Shown here in pieces: positions 55,823 through 64,000 of a DNA stretch of 64,000 nucleotides (the stretch's first letter is position 1; every line of letters starts with the position of its first letter). The DNA lies in NCBI GenBank assembly GCA_964016885.1, contig OZ024743.1:188542001-188606000 (forward strand), given 5' to 3'. The translations under genes were made by a program, and so were the position numbers. Origin of the DNA: Eledone cirrhosa (Eukaryota). The notes beneath the pieces were generated by a model. The model was not told the origin of the DNA. It saw nothing but the letters and a program-made list of their open reading frames with translations, and made no database searches.

Positions 55823-55869
55823 TGCTTACAGCTGTTTCCTCCAAACCGAGGTTTGGATTCTTCGGAGCA
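55823..55869 (-). ncRNA. Minimal hammerhead motif with CCGAAGA core
   Basis: TGCT-CCGAAGA-aTCCAAACC tc GGTTTGGAg-GAAA-CAGCTG-TA-AGCA; palindromic CAGCTG. Confidence 0.72.
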
Positions 55870-55921
55870 ATTTATTAATGAATGGACAGTTATATGACCG
55901 CCTTTTCAGCCAAGAGACATA

Positions 55922-56518
55922 CGTAACGGCAGTAACAATAGAAATAACACTAGTAACGGCAGTAACAATAGAAATAACACTAGTATAAGAAATAACACCG
56001 GGGTTGACAACCCGAATGTCCAAAATCCTATAGCTACCACCCAGACTTCTGCACTGCATTATAACCAGCAGACTAACACACAGGATAATTGTAACTGTAG
56101 AGCTAATAGAACCTGCCCTTTAGATAAAAAATGCCTAACAAAGGATATCATATACTCATGCACCGTCACAACTAGCAACTCTTCAGAAACCTATATAGGC
56201 TCCACTTCTAACTGCTTCAAAATCAGATATAATTCGCACATCCACTCGTTCAAAAAGCACGGCCTAGCCAACTCCACCTCACTTTCTAGCTACATACACT
56301 ATCTAAAAACTAAAAATAAACCATACACACTCAAATGGGAAGTGATAGGCAGCGCGACCTCGTACAAACCACCTACTAAATTTTGTAACCTCTGTATACT
56401 AGAGACCCACAATATTATCTTCTCCAACCGTAACCTACTTAACAAAAAATCTGAGGTGTTTGCAACTTGCCAGCACCGCTTCAGACATTCCTTCCAAAAC
56501 TTTAAGCCCAATATATAG
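55922..56518 (+). pseudogene. Naiad-type GIY-YIG domain with Asn-rich linker (no start codon, absent from the ORF track)
   Basis: Open frame RNGSNNRNNTSNGSNNRNNT...NCNCRANRTCPLDKKCLTKDIIYSC..TYIGSTSNCFKIRYNSHIHSF..STSLSSYI..LKWEV..CNLCILE..LLNKKSE..CQHR; 30-bp tandem duplication at 55923-55984. Confidence 0.9.
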
Positions 56519-57728
56519 CAATGTCGGACTTGAACCAAACACCACATCTAGCATCAAACACCGGGGCACACCTTATACCACATACCCAACACTAACTGAT
56601 CTAATATAACACAAACAACGACATCCCTCTGGAACCCTTCGCGGGGAGAATACCCATTTATACCTCTACGTCAGGTGTGACAACATCCACCCACTTGAAC
56701 TGCACTACACCGCTCTATAGGTAATTTGAGCATGAATTGATTGGTTTGGTAGTGTTGTGCGGAGGAAGTGCCTTCCTTAGACAGCTGATGAACGATTTAA
56801 TCTAGTAACGCTGTAGAGCAGTAGGACCATGACGATGAGCGCAGAGAATGAATGTATTGAAACTGGCGTGCGGGTTGTACACCCTACGATGGGGGTTAAT
56901 TCACCATAATAATACGAACACCTTCAGCACAACTTAATTAAACTACTCTATAGTTAAAACACTTTATGCTTTAGAAATTTTTTGGAAGTTGCGCATAACC
57001 ATAGAAATTAGGGTCTATATTGAGACACATTTCAATAGCTAGGCATAGAAACCCCGGAGTTCCCCCCCCCCTCGTGCATTAACTCCCCTTAGCCACACAC
57101 ACACTTCCGGGTGGTATTTAATGTCGTTTCTCGAAACGTAACAGCCTCCTGTATTTAACTAAAGAACATCGGACTACGATTCTCTAACTGGATTGTCAAA
57201 CGCTCAATATCGTATTGTCGTGGATTATGTGAGGGGCATATAATCGAAAAATACACTCCCCTGACCATGAAAATGTCGAAGTACATGAAGTACTTGTCAT
57301 CCCTTCGCTGTGCATCTCCAATACTTTTAATATTTTTAATGCTTGCACTACTTTTAATGCTTATATCATTTCTCCACACACAGACTATATCAATCATATA
57401 AAGAATTTGCCACCAGATCAACCAACCTGACACTCTTGTTTACCTACCTAAGTGCCTCTACTACACGTATCTCTCTGTCACACTACATAAACAAGACGCA
57501 CGTGCTTGCCACACATATAACATTTGCACTATATAACCGCTTATCTTCATGTTGTATTTTAACCTGTATTTTCGATTTTTGATTGTATCTTTTAATATGA
57601 ATGTAATCTTGAAGTGTGTACTGCCACTCTAAATTCTGTAATGAATGTTGACCCACAATATTTGCATATGTACCGGTATGTCTCTTGGCTGAAAAGGAGG
57701 TCATATAACTTTCCATTCATTAATAAAT

Positions 57729-57775
57729 TGCTCCGAAGAATCCAAACCTTGGTTTGGAGAAAACAGCTGTAAGCA
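57729..57775 (+). ncRNA. Second copy of the CCGAAGA hammerhead (G-to-A change at the GAAA box)
   Basis: TGCT-CCGAAGA-aTCCAAACCttGGTTTGGAg-AAAA-CAGCTG-TA-AGCA. Confidence 0.55.
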
Positions 57776-57983
57776 CAATAATGTTTTGAACAGTTCTTTG
57801 ATTCTTATATTTCATATAACTGCTCTGTAAATCATCTGATGTTTTTACATTGAGCTACTTAACTTACTGGTAATAAGGTAGTAATACATTACTGCCTACC
57901 ACTATTTAGGGTTTGTATAAAAAATACATATAACTGCTTAAGGTCTTTGTATTTACATAACCATGAATAGTATAATTATTACT

Positions 57984-58725
<742 letters not shown>

Positions 58726-58902
58726 CAAAATAAAGATTCGAAGGCATGGTATAAATTTCCAATAATCTGGCTGTTCCCATAAATGGAAATGGAGATATAC
58801 AAAAGCGTGGAGAACTTAATACTGTAACAAAAATTTATTGGACCGTTTGACATAACCAATAATACACCTTACCATATATGTGTGTGTGTGTGCGTGGTGG
58901 GT

Positions 58903-59035
<133 letters not shown>

Positions 59036-59310
59036 GGAGGCACGTGGCCTAGTGGTAAGAGTGATGGACTTACGATCATAATGTTGTTGGTTCGATTCCT
59101 GGGCTGCGTGTTGTGTGTTCTTGTGCAAAACACTTGATTTCAGCTGAAAATGAGTACCAGCAACAGCTGGAGGTTTAACCCTGCGATGGACTGGTGTCCT
59201 GTCTAGGGGGGGGGGGGGATTCTTGTACTCTCAGTCGCTTCACGCCATGAAACCGCGATAAGCAAAGGCCAAATGAGCTTTCTGGCTATGACAGATGTTA
59301 GACGTTTTTT
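59036..59310 (+). mobile_element. tRNA-derived SINE
   Basis: A box TGGCCTAGTGG, B box GGTTCGATTCC; CCCTGCGATGGACTGGTGTCCTGTCTAGGGG segment; second copy at 1-188. Confidence 0.8.
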
Positions 59311-59325
59311 TATATATATATATAT

Positions 59326-59822
59326 AACAAAGTCCAGGGCAATCAGAATTGATGGATGCTACGTTGTAGGCAGACCCAGAAAAACCTGGGTCAATTTGAT
59401 AAATTCTGACTTTACAGACCTCCAAGACAATGTCACTGGACCGAGATCTTTGGCGCTACGCAGTAATACAGAAGACCTACAGTCAGTAGGCACCTTTTAA
59501 CCAAAAATACACCCCCATCCCACTACCCCTACCCCGACCCTCATCTACACGGCCCCTTTCTCTGTAAAGTTATGTTGGTACCACAACATCCAGTCCTAAA
59601 TAAATGAGGTCGTGTAGGTGTCACGACAAAAAAACACACATTCCACATTGTAATGTGGCTGTGTAGGTAACACGGTAAAAACCTCCCACTCCACACTGTC
59701 AACCTGGTTGGTGTTACGAAGGGCATCAAGCCGTAGAAAACCTGCGAGACAGTCCTATACCAGCAAGACAACCAATCTTGCCTCAAGTGGGACAATTCCC
59801 GTCTAAACCCATGGCATGGAAT
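59326..59822 (+). mobile_element. RTE subfamily A 3' end lacking its ATG tail, abutting a subfamily B body
   Basis: AIRIDGCYVVGRPRKTW plus 3' UTR up to CTAAACCCATGGCATGGAA. Confidence 0.85.
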
Positions 59823-61846
59823 GTTTCGAAAAATGGTAGGAGTAGAGAAGGATACAGAGCCACTAAGAGAGAAACTAGACATCAGGTGTACTTAGCACGC
59901 AGGGAGGCTGACTGTAGAAGGTTTGCCAATGTTCTGCGATGGGAAGATTAGAGACGTGCGGTGTTCCGCATTGCAGGGCAGTACTTCAGTGCAAATCAGG
60001 ATGTTGTTGGAGATAAGTGTGTCTGGAATGATGCCGGTGTACTTAGTGTCACGAATGATAAAAAAAGGAGGTCTGGAAATGTCACTATGAGAGACTGATG
60101 AATGTGGAGATTGAATGGGAAAAAGAGAAATTACCCCCAGTAGACCCAACAGAGAGACGAGCTATTGAGATTGATGTATATAGGGTACAAGAGGCAATTA
60201 AAGAAATTGAGAATGGTAAGGCTGCTGGACCGTTGGGGATAGTTGCTGAGATGCTGAAGTCACCAAGTGAAGTGGACATTAAACTGGTTGCACGCATCAT
60301 CAAACAAGTTATATATACTGGTGCAGCAGTATTCTCATAAATTGCTACAAAGGTAAAAGGGATGCTCTAGAGAGGAGCAATTATAGCGGCATAAAGCTGA
60401 TGGATCAGGTTATGAAAGTGGTAGAGAGAATATTAGCGCAACTGATTAGAGAAAGGGTCAAATTAGATGAGATGCAGTTTAGTTTTGTGCCTCAGAAAAG
60501 TACAACAGATGCCCTCTTCTTAGTAAAGCAACTACAAAAGAAGTTCTTAGAGAAGAATAAGCCACTATACTTAGCTTTTGTTGACCTGGAGAATGCCTTT
60601 GATAGGGTACCCCGATTTGTCATCTCGTGGTCCCTAAGGAAACTAGGTGTAGAGGAATGGCTTGTGAGGGCAGTGCAAGCTGTGTACAGGGGTGCTGTCA
60701 GTAAAGTGAGAGTAGGTATGGAGTTTAGTGGGGAATTCCAGATACAAGTAGGTGTACACCAGGGTTCGGTCCTCAGCCCGCTCTTGTTCATTATAATCTT
60801 CCAAGCCATAAAAGAAGAGTTTAAGACTGGATGCCCATGGGAACTTCTCTATGCTGATGATCTGGTTCTTATAGCAGAATCAGTAGGGGAGCAAGAGAAT
60901 AAATTCTGGCTATGGAAACAGCAGTTGCAATCAAGAGGACTGAGAGTGAACATAGCTAAGACAAAAGTGCTGATAAGTAGAAGAGAGGACAATACTCCGA
61001 TTCCATCAGGGAAATGGCCATGATCGATATGTAGGAAAGGAACTGGCATAAATCCCATAAAATGTACGCAATGCAGATCTTGGGTACACAAATGTGGGAT
61101 AGCAGGCAAACTAACAGGTAGGTAAAACTACATATGCAGTAGATATACAGTGGAAGTTGACAGAAGTAATCGCAGTGATTGACATATTTTTCCAATGCAG
61201 GTATGTTCTATAGAAGTGGTTGATAGCTTCCGGTACCTAGGTGATCAGATTAGAATAGGAGGGGTGTTCCGAGGCTATAGTATCTAGAATAAGGACGGGT
61301 TGGAAGAAGTTTGGGGAGCTGCTTTCTTTGACAAAGAAGGGTTTTTCCCTGCGTATGAAAGGCCAGTTATATGATGCCTGTGTGAGATGCGCGATGCTGC
61401 ATGGTAGTGAGACATGGGCAGCAACTGCAGAGGATAAACGATGGCTGGAGAGAAATGAAGCAAGTATGCTCCGTTGGATGTGTAATGTCAATGTGCGTGA
61501 ACGACCAAGCAAAGATGAGTTAAGAAAGAAACTGGGTATAAGAGGCATAAGTTGTGGTTTGCAGGAGAGAAGGCTGAGATGGTATGGATATGTGATGCGC
61601 ATGGAGGATGACCGGTGGGTAAAGAAATGCCAAGAAATCTCAGTAGAAGGAAGACGCAGTAGAGGTACACCACGTAAAACATGGGCAGAGGTGGTTAGAG
61701 CAGACCTCAGATCGCTGGAACTCACCAAGGAGATATTGAAAGTCCGTGACAAGTGGGGAGATGCTGTGCTGAATAGGACCCGTCCAACCCTTGCAAGCAG
61801 GGAGAAGTGGATGTATGATGATGATGATAATGATGACAATGATGAT
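59823..61846 (+). pseudogene. 5'-truncated decayed RTE subfamily B (RT, PHD remnant, short 3' UTR, ATG tail)
   Basis: ORFs 60098-60340, 60400-61023 (AFVDLENAFDRVP, HQGSVLSPLLF, LYADDL) and 61328 onward (RRLRWYG..GTPRKTW). Confidence 0.92.
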
Positions 61847-61963
61847 ATATGTGTGTGTATATATGTATATATATATGTGTGTGTATATATATATATATAT
61901 CTATATATATATATATATATACAATATTAAATAAATAGAAAACTATATTTATAAAACCATATC

Positions 61964-62029
61964 TATTTCATTATATATATTTCGGGGATATCATATTAAC
62001 AATATGCTATGCCTTCATCAGACAAAATA
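61964..62029 (-). ncRNA. Minimal type I hammerhead (left arm)
   Basis: Reverse complement of 62204-62269. Confidence 0.72.
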
Positions 62030-62203
62030 CAATATAAACAGTTTTATAGATAAATATATTCGACATACCGTAATAAACATCGACTTCATTTGAAGAGGTT
62101 TACGCTAGCAGTATATTTTCACTGCTAGCGTAAACCTCTTCAAATGAAGTCGATGTTTATTACGGTATGTCGAATATATTTATCTATAAAACTGTTTATA
62201 TTG

Positions 62204-62269
62204 TATTTTGTCTGATGAAGGCATAGCATATTGTTAATATGATACCCCCGAAATATATATAATGAAATA
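62204..62269 (+). ncRNA. Minimal type I hammerhead ribozyme motif
   Basis: TATTTTGT-CTGATGA-aGG..CATATT gtt AATATG..CCc-GAAA-TATATA-TA-ATGAAATA; 8-bp stem I with two GU pairs, palindromic stem III. Confidence 0.75.
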
Positions 62270-62397
62270 GATATGGTTTTATAAATATAGTTTTCCATTT
62301 ATTTAATATTGTAAATATACTCCAAATATTTGTCGAGTGCTTTTATATCAGATATAAATATTTACTAGTTGTAACCCAACAATTTTAAATATAACTT

Positions 62398-62448
<51 letters not shown>

Positions 62449-62710
62449 TTGGAGGCTTAGTAAAATCGAATCTTTGATGGTGTGCAGCAAATTCGACCTA
62501 CTATATGAATGAGTAAGCAAAGCACTTGACAAGGTAGGTCCTTAGAGTAATAACATACGTTTAAATAGCTTGATAATTGAACATTGTGGCAGACAAAATC
62601 TAACACACAATACCAAAGCAACGAAAGAACTAACAGGTTGAAAAAAATAAATGTATATATATGTATATATATGTGTATGTATATATATATGTGTGTGTGT
62701 GTATGTAAAC

Positions 62711-62766
<56 letters not shown>

Positions 62767-62844
62767 GACGTAAAATAAGAAAATTATAAAAATTACCTTA
62801 CTTACTACAATTTCACTCCAACTAATTAGTTTCTGAAAGGGAAT

Positions 62845-62892
62845 AAACATGGTTTCCGAATGGAACACATGGAGAAGGCCTTTCGTCATCAG
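62845..62892 (-). ncRNA. Hammerhead-like core in a TA-flanked PLE-like segment (about 62762-63120)
   Basis: CTGATGA-CGAA...TTCG-GAAA-CCATGT-TT; no convincing stem I. Confidence 0.4.
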
Positions 62893-63129
62893 GAAGTCAA
62901 TTCTCAGCTAAGTTCCCAGGTGATGCGTGGACACAGGGAACTTATACAAAAATAATTTAGTGGATGGAAAAAAGCAAGCGTGGACTAAATTCCAAGACAT
63001 TGAAAAAATCACTGCCTATTTGGTCGGTGGCAAATTCAAAAGAATTAATCACGTGACATCGAGCTAATCAGTGAGGCGTGGGGTGTTAAGAAGACAGTAG
63101 CCGAACTATTACTATGAACTATAGTATAT

Positions 63130-63204
<75 letters not shown>

Positions 63205-63260
63205 ATGAGATTCTACAGGACTAGAACTATTTCATTCTTTAGAATGAATATTTATATATG

Positions 63261-63378
<118 letters not shown>

Positions 63379-63382
63379 CGTG

Positions 63383-63431
<49 letters not shown>

Positions 63432-63526
63432 GTGTGGGTATGTATATATATTTACATACATATATATATATAAATATATATATTTACATACATATATATA
63501 TATACATATATATATACCCATATATA

Positions 63527-63813
63527 TTATGTTGGTACCACAACATCCAGTCCGAAATAAATGATGTCGTGTAGGTGTCACAACAAAAAAACACACAGTC
63601 CACGCTGTAATGTGGCCGTGTAGGTAACACGGTAAAAACCTCCCAGTCCACACTGTAAACGTGGTTGGTGTTAGGAAGGTCATCCAGCCGTAGAAAACCC
63701 GCCAGACAGTCCTATACGAACAGGACAACCAATCTTGCCTCAAGTGGGAAAACTCCCATCCAAATTCATGCAAGCGTGGAAGATGGACGTTAAACGATGA
63801 TGATGATGATGAT
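63527..63813 (+). mobile_element. RTE subfamily A 3' UTR fragment with (ATG)n tail
   Basis: Matches 20418-20815. Confidence 0.85.
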
Positions 63814-63825
63814 ATATACATCTAC

Positions 63826-63862
<37 letters not shown>

Positions 63863-64000
63863 ACGGCGATGAATTAGTTTTGCGAGGTATTTTATATGAA
63901 ATCGTGTGTCGAAACAAATATTGTTATACTTGGGGAGGGTCATATTTGTGTAATATTGTGTGTATAGTGTTTTGTTTGATGTGTGATGTGTGTTCATGAT

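Larger units (their letters stand above)
61920..62313. mobile_element. Near-perfect 192-bp-arm hairpin (8-nt loop) with an HHR in each arm, TA-flanked
   Basis: 61921-62112 versus 62121-62312 differ at about two positions; right-side extension to about 62400 then (TA)n. Confidence 0.9.

Noticed and set aside
56785-56870. CTGATGA...GAAA as a hammerhead
   Set aside because: No stem I, II or III pairing and no NUH in the right position.

Overview
AT-rich, repeat-saturated eukaryotic (animal) DNA with no recognisable intact host gene. The SINE/RTE repertoire and (TA)n/(CATA)n density suggest a coleoid cephalopod such as an octopus; this is inference. Main content: one RTE-clade LINE with an intact 1081-aa ORF plus many RTE fragments of two subfamilies; a full-length but disrupted CsRn1/Kabuki-type Ty3/Gypsy LTR element; decayed Hero-like and CRE-like RLE retrotransposons; tRNA-derived SINEs; a probable non-autonomous Helitron; and many Penelope-like elements (PLEs, Neptune- and Naiad-type). 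The most striking signal is a recurring architecture that the ORF track does not show: at least seven fold-back (inverted) insertions of 0.15-6 kb whose outward-facing 3' ends abut (TA)n tracts, six of them carrying a hammerhead ribozyme (HHR) motif in each arm. About 17 HHR-like motifs of about 10 sequence families were read by eye. They include non-canonical cores and a 531-nt non-coding, circularly permuted retrozyme-like unit with a complete type I HHR. All assignments come from manual motif reading; no database search or folding computation was run.
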